Positions 31,290 through 40,386 of a stretch of DNA of 64,000 nt are shown here, in pieces (position 1 is the first letter of the stretch; every line of letters starts with the position of its first letter). A model generated the notes under the pieces. The model saw only the letters and a program-made list of their open reading frames with translations, was not told the origin of the DNA and did not search any database. Source of the stretch: a virus (lineage: Duplodnaviria > Caudoviricetes); IMG/VR virus record IMGVR_UViG_2737471647_000001, one strand, 5' to 3'. A program made the position numbers and the translations under genes.

Positions 31290-31700
31290 ATGACCATACC
31301 AACACCGATCACGGCCGAGGGCCGGCGGCGTCTCTGGCATCCACGTGGAACGCTCTGTGCTGTCTGTCAGCAACCCACGCGTGGTTTTGGCTGGCGCGAT
31401 CCACACCGGTCGAAGCGGCCCCGGCCATCAGTCTGGTTCTGCTCGATGCCCTGCCAAGGTTTCTGGACGCGTTTGGCGCGGGAGCGTTTTGCCATGGTTG
31501 ATCTGACCGAAGAAGAGCGCGCCGCCATCACCGCCACCATGAAACGCGTCGCGCTGCTGATGGATGAGATCGGCTGGCAGACAGCTTTCGCCGATCTGTG
31601 TGAGGCGCAGGTGCGCGCCCTGATCGAGGAGGCTGTCGAAGGTTTCCGCGAGGCCATGTCCGACATCGCGCGGGCCCAGACACAGGAGGTGCCGTTCTGA
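31290..31700 (+). CDS. Phage protein (DUF6511-like, Zn-binding)
   Basis: CAVC...FCSMPC; ends EVPF; TGATG coupling downstream. Confidence 0.65.
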   Translation: MTIPTPITAEGRRRLWHPRGTLCAVCQQPTRGFGWRDPHRSKRPRPSVWFCSMPCQGFWTRLARERFAMVDLTEEERAAITATMKRVALLMDEIGWQTAFADLCEAQVRALIEEAVEGFREAMSDIARAQTQEVPF

Positions 31701-32458
31701 TGCTGGACTTCAATCACCGGCCCTCCACGGCGGAGCGGATCAACGCGCTGGTCGACGCAGCCCTCATTGCCGAGCGCGAGGCCACACCGCCCCGGACCTA
31801 TCTCGGCGCGTCTCGCTTGGGGCACGCTTGCGAACGCGCGCTTCAGTTCGAGTTCGCCGGTGCACCCAAGGATGACGATGCCGATTTCGGCGGCCAGACG
31901 CTGCGGATCTTCGCGATCGGCCACCAGCTCGAGGACCTTGCGATCCGCTGGCTGCGGGCCGCTGGGATCGATCTTGTCACCCAAAAACGCGATGGCGGCC
32001 AGTTCGGCTTCTCCGTCGCGGGAGGTCGTATCCGGGGCCATGTCGACGGGATCATCGCTGATGCTCCGGCGACGCTTGGTCTGCGCACCCCGACGCTCTG
32101 GGAATGCAAGACCATGAACGCGAAGAACTGGCGCTCCTGCGTCAATGACGGGGTCGCCGTCTCCAAGCCCGTCTATGCCGCCCAGATCGCGATTTACCAG
32201 GCCTACATGGAGCCCTCGGTGCCGGGGATATCGGCGGCCCCGGCGCTATTCACCGCCATCAACAAGGACACGGCCGAGCTGCACCATGAACACGTGCCGT
32301 TCGATGCCGATCTGGCGCAGCGCATGTCCGACCGCGCCGTGCGGATCCTGCAGGCCACGGACGCGGGCGAGTTGCTGCCCCGTGTCGCGGCCAACCGGGA
32401 TTTCTTCGAATGCCGGTTCTGTGCCCATGCCGAGCGGTGTTGGAGCCTGGCTGCATGA
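31700..32458 (+). CDS. PD-(D/E)XK Cas4-like exonuclease
   Basis: YLGASRLGHACER, GHVDG, WECKT, QIAIY, CRFC...C. Confidence 0.85.
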   Translation: MLDFNHRPSTAERINALVDAALIAEREATPPRTYLGASRLGHACERALQFEFAGAPKDDDADFGGQTLRIFAIGHQLEDLAIRWLRAAGIDLVTQKRDGGQFGFSVAGGRIRGHVDGIIADAPATLGLRTPTLWECKTMNAKNWRSCVNDGVAVSKPVYAAQIAIYQAYMEPSVPGISAAPALFTAINKDTAELHHEHVPFDADLAQRMSDRAVRILQATDAGELLPRVAANRDFFECRFCAHAERCWSLAA

Positions 32459-34857
32459 CCGACGAGCCCAGCGATCCATCCGACCCCGTGCAGGACACAC
32501 CTATGCGCGACGACACAACGCCAGATATGCCCAAGGAGAATATCGTCCATTTCAACCCGTGGCGCGATTTCAACGACGCGGCCCCGCAGATCGACGTGTT
32601 CGGGGACGAGCCGGACCCTGCGCAGATCGCTCAGTTCATGCAGGTTGTCTTTGGCTACTGCGACGGTCTGATCCCGGTCCGCAGTTTCATCGACAAGGGG
32701 CAAGGCATTGATGGCCGCCCGCATAACATCTGGCTCGATGCCGATCAGGCCGCGCCGGAGAAGATGGCGACTTTCGCCACATGGGCCTCGCGTGAGGGCG
32801 CGGCGGTCTATGTGATCCCCGGCACAGTCGCGGCACCCGGGCAAGCGAAGGCCGCCGAAATCCTGCAGATGCAGACCGTGGTGGTCGATCTCGACACCGG
32901 CGATATCGCTGCCAAGCGCGCCCATCTGGAGCGTCACCTTGGGTCGCCGACCATGGTAGTGGAAAGTGGCGGTGTGACACCGGAGGGTCAGCGGAAAGCC
33001 CATGTCTGGTGGTCGCTGACCGAGCCTGCCGAGGGCGACGACATCGCCCGTGTCTGCCGTCTGCGCGGCGACATCGCGGCAAAGGTCGGCGGCGACATGC
33101 ATTTCCGCTCGGCCCACCAGCCGATCCGCGTGGCGGGTTCGGTCTATTACAAGAACAGCCTGAAAACGCAGGTGCGGATCGTCGAGCTAAACGCCGACCG
33201 CGAACGCGACCTGGCCGAGTTCATGGAGGCCGTGACCGACATGCCGCCCGCGCCAGGCGTGTCCCTGCAACCCGAGTTCAGCCATCCCGACAAACCGGCG
33301 ATGGACGATGTGCTGGTCACCCCGGTGCGCGAGGGGGCGCAGGACGATTGGTCCCGCTTCGAGGGCGCATCTGCTGCGATCGGGCATTTCATCCGCATGG
33401 TCCACGAGGGCCGGATGACAAAAGACGAAGGCTGGGAGGGCATCTGCGGCTACAACGCCGCGATGCTGCGGCCGCAATGGCCGGTCGAACGGCTCAAGCG
33501 CGAGTCCGAGCGCCTCTGGGAGCGGCATGTCGAGAAATACGGACCGCCCCTGATCCGATTGGATTCCGGCGCACCGGGACCGGCCGAGATGCCCGCATTC
33601 ACGCTGGGCGCGCTGCTGGACGACCAGAGTCCCATGCCGGAAGACATCATTGCGCCGCGCGTGCTGACGCCAGGTGGGCTGCTGGTGCTGGGTGGCGCGC
33701 CCAAGGTTGGCAAAAGCGATCTGCTGATCTCCTGGCTCGTACACATGGCCGCCGGTGTGCCGTTTCTCGGCTTCACGCCGCCACGACCGCTGCGGGTCTT
33801 CTACCTACAGGCCGAAATCCAGTATCACTATCTGCGCGAACGACTGAAGCAGATTGCCCTCCCGCCGGAGGTGTTGGCCGCCGCGCGCGATACCTTCGTC
33901 GCCACGCCGAAACTCAAGCTGCTGCTCGACAACGAGGGCAGCGTGCGCGTGGCGCGCGCCGTGCAAACGGCGTTCCCCGATGCACCGCCCGACATCCTCT
34001 GCGTCGACCCGATCCGCAACCTGTTCGACGGCGGGCCCGACGGCGGCGGCGAGAACGACAATTCCGCCATGATGTTCTTCCTCAAGGAGCGCATCGAGGT
34101 CTTGCGCGACCATATCGACCGCGATTGCGGGGTCATCCTGATCCACCACACCAAGAAGCTCAGCAAGCAGCAGGTAAAGGACGATCCCTTCCTCGCACTC
34201 TCCGGCGCCAGCGCGCTGCGCGGGTTCTATACGTCCGGCCTGATCCTGCACCGTCCCGACGAGGAGGCCCCAGAACGCAAGCTGGAAATTGAGCTTCGGA
34301 ACGGACCCGCGCTGCCCTCCAAGCTGATCGACAAGGTTGGCGGTCAATGGATCGAAATCAACCCAATGAACGAGCGGCTGGTGCGCCAGAACGTCGGCGC
34401 AAAGCATGATGCCGAGCGCAACCGTAAACGCGATGTGATCCTCGACCTGCTCTATGAGGAAGCCGCCAGCGGGCATCTCTACACGACAATGCAATTCGCC
34501 GAAGCGTTCGAGAACCAGAGCGGGCTTGGCAGTAAATACACCATTCGCGAACGGTTGAGTGTTCTGGCCACGAAGGGCCACGTCAAGTTCCTGCGGGATG
34601 GCAACGTGTTTGGCTATCCGAAGGTCAGATCCCGTTTCGGATATCTCTGTGTCGACGGGATGCGGTTTCGCCCCGAAGAGCGTATTGATCCGGAGACCGG
34701 CGAGGTTTTCGAAGACGCCGATCCCGTTCTTCCCAGCCACTACAAATGCCCGAATTCCGGGGTCTGCATGGACGTCGAAAACCCGGCTGTCTGGGTCTAT
34801 CCGGAGACGGTTGCGGACGCGGATTGTGGGTCACCAACTCCTAAGAGTGAGGCCTAA
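32455..34857 (+). CDS. Primase-helicase fusion (AEP/RepB-like primase plus AAA_25 helicase)
   Basis: VVDLD, VVESGG, KAHVWW, QPIRVAGS primase motifs; GGAPKVGKS, LCVDP, LIHHTKK, GASALRG helicase motifs; ATGA coupling at 32455. Confidence 0.85.
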   Translation: MTDEPSDPSDPVQDTPMRDDTTPDMPKENIVHFNPWRDFNDAAPQIDVFGDEPDPAQIAQFMQVVFGYCDGLIPVRSFIDKGQGIDGRPHNIWLDADQAAPEKMATFATWASREGAAVYVIPGTVAAPGQAKAAEILQMQTVVVDLDTGDIAAKRAHLERHLGSPTMVVESGGVTPEGQRKAHVWWSLTEPAEGDDIARVCRLRGDIAAKVGGDMHFRSAHQPIRVAGSVYYKNSLKTQVRIVELNADRERDLAEFMEAVTDMPPAPGVSLQPEFSHPDKPAMDDVLVTPVREGAQDDWSRFEGASAAIGHFIRMVHEGRMTKDEGWEGICGYNAAMLRPQWPVERLKRESERLWERHVEKYGPPLIRLDSGAPGPAEMPAFTLGALLDDQSPMPEDIIAPRVLTPGGLLVLGGAPKVGKSDLLISWLVHMAAGVPFLGFTPPRPLRVFYLQAEIQYHYLRERLKQIALPPEVLAAARDTFVATPKLKLLLDNEGSVRVARAVQTAFPDAPPDILCVDPIRNLFDGGPDGGGENDNSAMMFFLKERIEVLRDHIDRDCGVILIHHTKKLSKQQVKDDPFLALSGASALRGFYTSGLILHRPDEEAPERKLEIELRNGPALPSKLIDKVGGQWIEINPMNERLVRQNVGAKHDAERNRKRDVILDLLYEEAASGHLYTTMQFAEAFENQSGLGSKYTIRERLSVLATKGHVKFLRDGNVFGYPKVRSRFGYLCVDGMRFRPEERIDPETGEVFEDADPVLPSHYKCPNSGVCMDVENPAVWVYPETVADADCGSPTPKSEA

Positions 34858-34999
34858 CTCCTATGTCCTCCCCAACTCCTGTTTCAATTAAATCAACGAC
34901 TTATCGCGCCAGAGGAGTTAGTGGCCCAACTCCTCCCCAACTCCTCCGAACTCCTAATTTTTCGTTCTTTATCAGCGCGTTACCCGGAGAGGAGGAGTT
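34836..34999. repeat. AACTCCT iteron-like array (candidate replication origin)
   Basis: Direct copies at 34836, 34856, 34874, 34928, 34939 and 34949; inverted copies at 34913 and 34993; AT-rich core at about 34881-34903. Confidence 0.75.
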
Positions 35000-35134
35000 A
35001 GTGTGGAAAGCCCCCATACTACGTATGGGGCGCCAACCAGCAGGTTTGGCCCCCATCCCATACGCAGACGGGTATCCGCGCGCGGGCCGATGTGCACCGA
35101 GCCCTTCACCTTTCGAGCAGCAATGGAGATGACA

Positions 35135-35653
35135 ATGTCGAACAGGCAAATTGAACCCGTGTGCGAACACCAGCTGGCACCTCTGCCCGGTACCATTCTT
35201 GCCCTGGATCTCGGGACAACCACGGGCTGGGCTCTGCGGTCCACGGACGGTCTAATCACCAGCGGCACCGCATCGTTTAAGCCTGGGCGCTACGACGGTG
35301 GGGGCATGCGGTACCTGCGCTTCACGAACTGGCTGGGCGAGTTGGAGCGGTTGTCCGGTCCCATCGCTGCCATCTGGTTCGAGGAAGTCCGTCGCCATGC
35401 CGGGACCGACGCGGCTCACGTCTATGGGGGCCTGATGGCCACCCTGAGCAGCTGGGCCGAGATGCGAGGAGTGCCCTACGAGGGCGTGCCGGTCGGCACC
35501 ATCAAGCGCCACGCCACCGGCAAGGGCAACGCCAACAAGGACGCCATGATCGCCGCCGCCCGGGCCCGCGGGTTCAGCCCGGCCGATGACAACGAAGCCG
35601 ATGCCATCGCGATCCTCCTCTGGGCCATGGAAACCCACGGAGGTGCGCAATGA
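35135..35653 (+). CDS. RuvC-like Holliday junction resolvase
   Basis: ILALDLGTTTGWA, IWFEEV, ATGKGNANK, DDNEADA. Confidence 0.85.
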   Translation: MSNRQIEPVCEHQLAPLPGTILALDLGTTTGWALRSTDGLITSGTASFKPGRYDGGGMRYLRFTNWLGELERLSGPIAAIWFEEVRRHAGTDAAHVYGGLMATLSSWAEMRGVPYEGVPVGTIKRHATGKGNANKDAMIAAARARGFSPADDNEADAIAILLWAMETHGGAQ

Positions 35654-35853
35654 CCTGTATGCGCTTCACGCCCAAGGGCTATGGTGGGCATCGCCGCCAG
35701 CCCGATGAGGTCAAACGGGATGGCTGGAAGGAACAAGGCCTGCTTGCCGTCGCCATTGACGATGACCGGTTGACCTGGCCCGAGCGGGAACTGGTGCGCC
35801 AGCTTGGCGAGCGTCTCTACGGCAAACTTGAACGGGAGGCGCGCCATGGGTGA
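35650..35853 (+). CDS. Small hypothetical phage protein
   Basis: Overlaps both neighbours; DEVKRDGWKEQGLLAV. Confidence 0.65.
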   Translation: MTCMRFTPKGYGGHRRQPDEVKRDGWKEQGLLAVAIDDDRLTWPERELVRQLGERLYGKLEREARHG

Positions 35854-36292
35854 GTGGACAACCACACGTGTGGAGGACCGGCTGGAGAGCGCGGCCGACG
35901 TCTTCCGCACCTTGCCCGGTGTCATGCCGCAGGGCTTCTTCAACGCCTGGCCCGAGTATTTCCACAGCTTCGCGGACAAGGTTGGTCAGGAGCCGCAGAT
36001 GCGGCGGCCCCGACCGGGCCCGCGCCAGATCACCGAGGCCGAGGAGGCTCTGCTCTGGCTGCGCTGGCTGGAACGGGATGATGCCCGGATCGTCTGGCTG
36101 CGTGCCGAACGCACGCCGTGGAAACCAATCTGCTGGGAGATGGGGCTGAGCCGGACAGCGGCGAACAAACGCTGGCAGTTCGGGCTCGCGGTGATCACAT
36201 GGCGTCTGCATGGCCGGATGCCTCCGGTCCGGCGCTCGCAGCAGTTCGTCATCGAAAACGCCAACTGCCTGTCAAGAAAAATCGTCTTGTGA
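35846..36292 (+). CDS. DUF6362-like protein with C-terminal HTH (candidate late regulator)
   Basis: MGEWTTTRVEDRL...WPEYFHSF...WKPICWEMGLSRTAANKRW; last gene before cos. Confidence 0.7.
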   Translation: MGEWTTTRVEDRLESAADVFRTLPGVMPQGFFNAWPEYFHSFADKVGQEPQMRRPRPGPRQITEAEEALLWLRWLERDDARIVWLRAERTPWKPICWEMGLSRTAANKRWQFGLAVITWRLHGRMPPVRRSQQFVIENANCLSRKIVL

Positions 36293-36456
36293 GGCAATTT
36301 TCCGGTGTACATCGCAGGGCCTTACACATTTCGAGAATGAGGCTACAAATTGGATATACTCGGGAGAGGAGCGCGCAGGCAGACGCCGCGCAGCTGGCTT
36401 CCGGGGTCCACCCAAGGGTCCAGCCGGGGTCCAGGTCGCTAACCCACTGAATTCAC

Positions 36457-36500
36457 GGGTCCTTCCTGGCCCGAAACGTATACGGGCGGGCGAAGCGCGC
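36457..36500 (+). other. Lambda-like cos site (cosQ plus cosN)
   Basis: GGGTCCT (the lambda cosQ sequence) at 36457, then ATACG^GGCGGGCGAAGC-GCG, resembling lambda TTACG^GGGCGGCGACCT-CG. Confidence 0.62.
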
Positions 36501-36687
36501 AATATCGCCAGCGACAGGGCCGGTTTTTTGGGAAGCCACCCCGGCGGGCATCCACCCGCGACCTGCTGAAAACCACGACAAAACAGAACTTTGGCACCGG
36601 ATACGCCCGGTGGCCGCTGGACCCCTCGCGGAGTCCAGACTGGCTGCCGGCATCCGGAGTCAACCCGATTGAGGGGGACCGACCCGC

Positions 36688-38064
36688 ATGACCCTGAGCT
36701 TTGCCCCGGACGCGATTGAGACCTGGCCGCTGGCCAAGCTCCAGCCTTATGCCAAGAACGCAAAGGCGCATGGCGCGGACCAGGTTGCGAAGATCGCCGC
36801 CAGCATGGCCGAGTTCGGTTGGACGGTGCCGTGCCTCGTTGCTGACGACGGCGAGCTGATCGCGGGCCATGGCCGGGTCCTGGCCGCCACGCAGCTCGGG
36901 CTAACCGAGGCACCGGTGATCGTGCTGGGTCACCTGACCGAGGCGCAGCGCCGGGCCTACCGGATCGCGGACAACAAGCTGACCGAACTGGGCACCTGGG
37001 ACGAGGCGCTGCTGTCTGCGGAACTGAACGACCTGCTGGCGGAGGACTACGATCTGTCTCTGGTCGGTTTTTCCGATGGTGAGTTGGACAAGCTGCTGGC
37101 CTATGTGCCGGAGGAGGATGGCGACGAAGGTGGTGCCGGGGGCTCTGTGCCGCCGGTGACCATTCCCGAGCCGCCGCGCAATCCGGCATCGCAAACCGGC
37201 GACCTGTGGATCCTCGGCGATCACCGGTTGCTCTGCGGCGACAGCACCAGCGCTGCCGATGTACGCCGCCTGATGAATGGCGAGCGGGCGATCCTGTTCG
37301 CGACCGATCCGCCTTACCTCGTCGACTACGACGGCTCGAACCATCCGACACGGAACAAGGATTGGTCGGCGTCTTATGGCACCACCTGGGACGACAGCAG
37401 CCAAGGTGCGGAACTGTACGATGGCTTCATCGCCGCTGCAGTGGCTGAGGCAATCGCCGAGAACGCGGCCTGGTATTGCTGGCACGCCTCGCGTCGTCAG
37501 GCGATGCTGGAAGCATGCTGGGAGAAGGCTGGGGCATTCGTTCACCAGCAGATCATCTGGGTGAAAGACCGCGGTGTCCTGACCCGGTCGCACTATCTCT
37601 GGAAGCACGAGCCCTGTTTCATGGGCTGGCGTCGACCCAACCGCCCGCCAAAGGTGGCCGAGGAAACGCTGTCATCGACATGGGCGCTGCCGAGCTTTGC
37701 CAAGGACGAACGGCCCGATCATCCGACGCCGAAACCGCTCGACGCGTTCGGCATTCCGATGCGGCAGCACGTGGCGCGCGGCGGTCTCTGCTACGAGCCT
37801 TTCTGCGGCTCCGGCTCGCAGATCATGGCCGGTGAAGCCTATGGTCGCCGCGTCTTCGCGATGGAAATCAGCCCGGCCTACATCGACGTTGCCGTCGAAC
37901 GCTGGCAGGCCGACACGGGGCGCGAGGTGATCCTGGACGGTGATGGCCGGACCTTCGCTCAGGTGCGGACCGAGCGGCTGGGCGACAATGCTGACGTCTC
38001 CGCCGATGTCCCGGCCGCAAACGGCGAACCCGAGTCCGCCCGCGACCGCAAATCCGCAGCCTGA
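36688..38064 (+). CDS. ParB-N-domain-fused DNA methyltransferase (N6A/N4C, beta class)
   Basis: LQPYAKNAKAH...LIAGHGR...YRIADNKL ParB-like domain; HRLLCGDS, TDPPY, HPTPKP, YEPFCGSGS. Confidence 0.92.
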   Translation: MTLSFAPDAIETWPLAKLQPYAKNAKAHGADQVAKIAASMAEFGWTVPCLVADDGELIAGHGRVLAATQLGLTEAPVIVLGHLTEAQRRAYRIADNKLTELGTWDEALLSAELNDLLAEDYDLSLVGFSDGELDKLLAYVPEEDGDEGGAGGSVPPVTIPEPPRNPASQTGDLWILGDHRLLCGDSTSAADVRRLMNGERAILFATDPPYLVDYDGSNHPTRNKDWSASYGTTWDDSSQGAELYDGFIAAAVAEAIAENAAWYCWHASRRQAMLEACWEKAGAFVHQQIIWVKDRGVLTRSHYLWKHEPCFMGWRRPNRPPKVAEETLSSTWALPSFAKDERPDHPTPKPLDAFGIPMRQHVARGGLCYEPFCGSGSQIMAGEAYGRRVFAMEISPAYIDVAVERWQADTGREVILDGDGRTFAQVRTERLGDNADVSADVPAANGEPESARDRKSAA

Positions 38065-38068
38065 GGCA

Positions 38069-39250
38069 ATGCATGACCTGGCTCTACCTTCCTCCGGGTG
38101 CACTTCCGGAACTGAAGACGCATGCCTGTTTGGCCTCTCGCTCTGCTCCGGCGCAGGCGGGCTCGACCTCGGGCTCACCATTGCCATCCCCGGATATCGA
38201 ACTGTGGGCCATGTCGAACGGGAAACCTACGCCGCGGCCATCCTCGTGGCACGGATGGAAGAGACGGCCCTGGATCCAGCGCCTGTCTGGGACGATGTTG
38301 CCAGCTTCGACGGCCGCCCGTGGCGCGGTGCGGTGGACATCGTTACTGCGGGATATCCGTGCCAGCCGTTCTCTGTCGCGGGCAAGCGCCGGGGTGCCGA
38401 CGACCCGCGCCACCTTTGGCCGCATGTCGCGCGGATCATCAACGAGGTCGAGCCGCCCTTCGTCTTCCTCGAGAATGTCGCCCATCATCTCCGCCTCGGC
38501 TTCCCCGAAGTCGCCAGCGGACTGGTCGGCATGGGCTACCGCCTTGCGGCGGGTCTCTTTACAGCGGCGGAAGTCGGTGCGCCGCACAAACGCGAGCGGC
38601 TGTTCATCCTCGCCATCCGCGAGGGCTCCGAACTGGCCGACCCCTCGCGCCTGCTCTGGCACCCGGTCGAGTGGCGGCAACCGGACGGAGATGTTGCGGC
38701 TATGGCCGACGCCGAGGGCAAGCGCGAACGAGAACCGGCAGACGAAACTAACGCCCTCGCAAGAAGCGGGCAAGCATGGGATGAACCTGGCGACGAGCGC
38801 CGCGATGTGGCCGACGCCGCAGACCGACAGCTTCCGGAGCCGGGGCGGAGACCGGAAACACGAGAAGGGTCTGGACGGTATGGCGCGGGACTTGCCGACG
38901 CCGATGGCGAACGATGGGTGCAAGCCGAGCGCGGGCAATCGCAAGACGGCCGATCTGACCCATGCCAGCCGCATGTGGATGACGCCGACGGCGCGGGATC
39001 ACAAGGATGGGGCGACGACACTGGCGAACACGCCGGTCAACGGCCTTCTTGGCCGCCAGGTCCTGGTGACGCCGATGGCTGGGAGCAATACCTCCGATGT
39101 GCGCCGGACCTTGAACCCGCTGTTTGTCGAGGCGCTGATGGGCTGGCCCACAGGGTGGACCGGCTTCGCCTCTGTGGCAACGGCGTGGTCCCCTTGGTTG
39201 CGGCGCATGCGCTGCGAACTCTCGCGGCAGAACTGCTGGCCGCCGGATGA
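38069..39250 (+). CDS. C5 cytosine methyltransferase, alpha polypeptide (motifs I-VIII and X; no motif IX)
   Basis: LSLCSGAGG (I), AGYPCQPFS (IV), FLENV (VI), HKRERLF (VIII), RLCGNGVVP (X); ATG at 38069. Confidence 0.9.
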   Translation: MHDLALPSSGCTSGTEDACLFGLSLCSGAGGLDLGLTIAIPGYRTVGHVERETYAAAILVARMEETALDPAPVWDDVASFDGRPWRGAVDIVTAGYPCQPFSVAGKRRGADDPRHLWPHVARIINEVEPPFVFLENVAHHLRLGFPEVASGLVGMGYRLAAGLFTAAEVGAPHKRERLFILAIREGSELADPSRLLWHPVEWRQPDGDVAAMADAEGKREREPADETNALARSGQAWDEPGDERRDVADAADRQLPEPGRRPETREGSGRYGAGLADADGERWVQAERGQSQDGRSDPCQPHVDDADGAGSQGWGDDTGEHAGQRPSWPPGPGDADGWEQYLRCAPDLEPAVCRGADGLAHRVDRLRLCGNGVVPLVAAHALRTLAAELLAAG

Positions 39251-39263
39251 GGCGGCGACATGA
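38073..39263 (+). CDS. Overlapping +1-frame polypeptide: putative beta subunit of the C5 MTase (WPTP repeats plus motif IX)
   Basis: 396-aa ORF; GAGG SD 6 nt upstream; WPTP/LPTP/WMTP repeats; LNPLFVEALMGWPTGWT; its stop overlaps the ATG of the next gene (39260). Confidence 0.72.
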   Translation: MTWLYLPPGALPELKTHACLASRSAPAQAGSTSGSPLPSPDIELWAMSNGKPTPRPSSWHGWKRRPWIQRLSGTMLPASTAARGAVRWTSLLRDIRASRSLSRASAGVPTTRATFGRMSRGSSTRSSRPSSSSRMSPIISASASPKSPADWSAWATALRRVSLQRRKSVRRTNASGCSSSPSARAPNWPTPRACSGTRSSGGNRTEMLRLWPTPRASANENRQTKLTPSQEAGKHGMNLATSAAMWPTPQTDSFRSRGGDRKHEKGLDGMARDLPTPMANDGCKPSAGNRKTADLTHASRMWMTPTARDHKDGATTLANTPVNGLLGRQVLVTPMAGSNTSDVRRTLNPLFVEALMGWPTGWTGFASVATAWSPWLRRMRCELSRQNCWPPDEAAT

Positions 39264-39475
39264 AGCAATCGCGCCTCATGTCGCTGGCCGAGGCCATCGC
39301 CAACGTATTTGTCGGCTACGGCGTCGCGGTCGTCACGCAGATCCTGATCTTCCCGATCTTCGGCCTGCACACGACGCTGGCGCAGAACCTGAAGATGGGC
39401 GCGATCTTCACGGTGGTCAGCATTGCGCGGTCCTTCGCCCTGCGGCGGGTGTTCGAGGCGATCAGGGTAAGATAA
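39260..39475 (+). CDS. Small phage membrane protein
   Basis: Two hydrophobic helices; MKQSRLMSLAEAIANVFVGYGVAV. Confidence 0.75.
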   Translation: MKQSRLMSLAEAIANVFVGYGVAVVTQILIFPIFGLHTTLAQNLKMGAIFTVVSIARSFALRRVFEAIRVR

Positions 39476-39555
39476 TGTCATTCTGACATGCGAGCTGGCG
39501 CGATTAGAGTCGTGGGGTGATGCTAAAGATTGATTTGATTGAATAAGGAGATTTC

Positions 39556-40287
39556 ATGTTCTCAGATCGGCTTCTGGCAGCTCTCGGCGCATGGCAAAAC
39601 GGATGGCGCGAGGACCGCACCCGCCGCATACCAATTACCGAAGAGCTACTGGAGGCAATTTCGGAGCAGCGTCTGCCGGAACGGTTTGTCACATGCACTG
39701 AAATTTGTTTTCGGAAACGCTTCTTGGTACCTAACAACCAACAAAACGGCGGGGACTTAGGCCCTCTTTTTCTCAATGGGAACATCGACGAGGGCGTCGC
39801 GTCTTGGACTACCGACCCCAAGTTCGCACAGGAATTCAAAGACCCGCTCCGAGATGGCACGTTCTCAGCGGTATTTGCTCACCGTCCAAACGCGGACGAG
39901 GTGGTTTTGAATGTGCCCGCGCTCTGGTCAGACCCGGCCTTTCGGGCAAGAGTCGCAGAGTTCGAAGAAGGCAATGGCTTGAACGCTAAGGCGCTGACCT
40001 ATTTCAGATTTCGGCAGAGTGAAGTCATATTGACTGCAACGCTCAGGTACGACGAGGTGCATGCTGTCTGTGGAAGAAGCAGTCCTTTTGAGGTTCTCTG
40101 CGAGCTTCAGGGGCTTACTACGGACGCAGAGCGAGATTCCTATTGGAAGGAGTTGGTCGCTGCGAACAAGTTTCCTGAGGAGCCCTGTTGGATTGCCGGA
40201 CCAAGAGTAAAGAATGTGCTCGAGCGGACGAAGGTTAAGTTCCTGAACCAATTCGGGGACGTGATAGACAAGGTAATTGACCGCTGA
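39556..40287 (+). CDS. Moron; candidate ADP-ribosyltransferase (R-S-E clade)
   Basis: AAGGAG SD; lower GC than the flanks; CFRK, ASWTTDPKFA, RQSEVIL in ART order. Confidence 0.6.
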   Translation: MFSDRLLAALGAWQNGWREDRTRRIPITEELLEAISEQRLPERFVTCTEICFRKRFLVPNNQQNGGDLGPLFLNGNIDEGVASWTTDPKFAQEFKDPLRDGTFSAVFAHRPNADEVVLNVPALWSDPAFRARVAEFEEGNGLNAKALTYFRFRQSEVILTATLRYDEVHAVCGRSSPFEVLCELQGLTTDAERDSYWKELVAANKFPEEPCWIAGPRVKNVLERTKVKFLNQFGDVIDKVIDR

Positions 40288-40386
40288 ACCATCAGCGTCT
40301 GAAGCCGAGTTGTCTCGTCGGACCTCTACCGCGCAAGGGTAACTGCCGCCCACGTCTGGCGGCAGCATAGAAACTCGCCGCCGCTA

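Noticed and set aside
31700-32458. Cas4/CRISPR system
   Set aside because: No cas1/cas2 and no repeat-spacer array seen; this nuclease type is common in phage replication modules.
37940-38068. N-terminal extension of the C5 MTase as called by the ORF track
   Set aside because: Overlaps the upstream MTase end; ATG 38069 just after the upstream stop is more plausible.
39247-39486. 79-aa ORF coupled to the alpha-frame stop
   Set aside because: Overlaps the better supported membrane protein ORF 39260-39475 and has no recognisable features.
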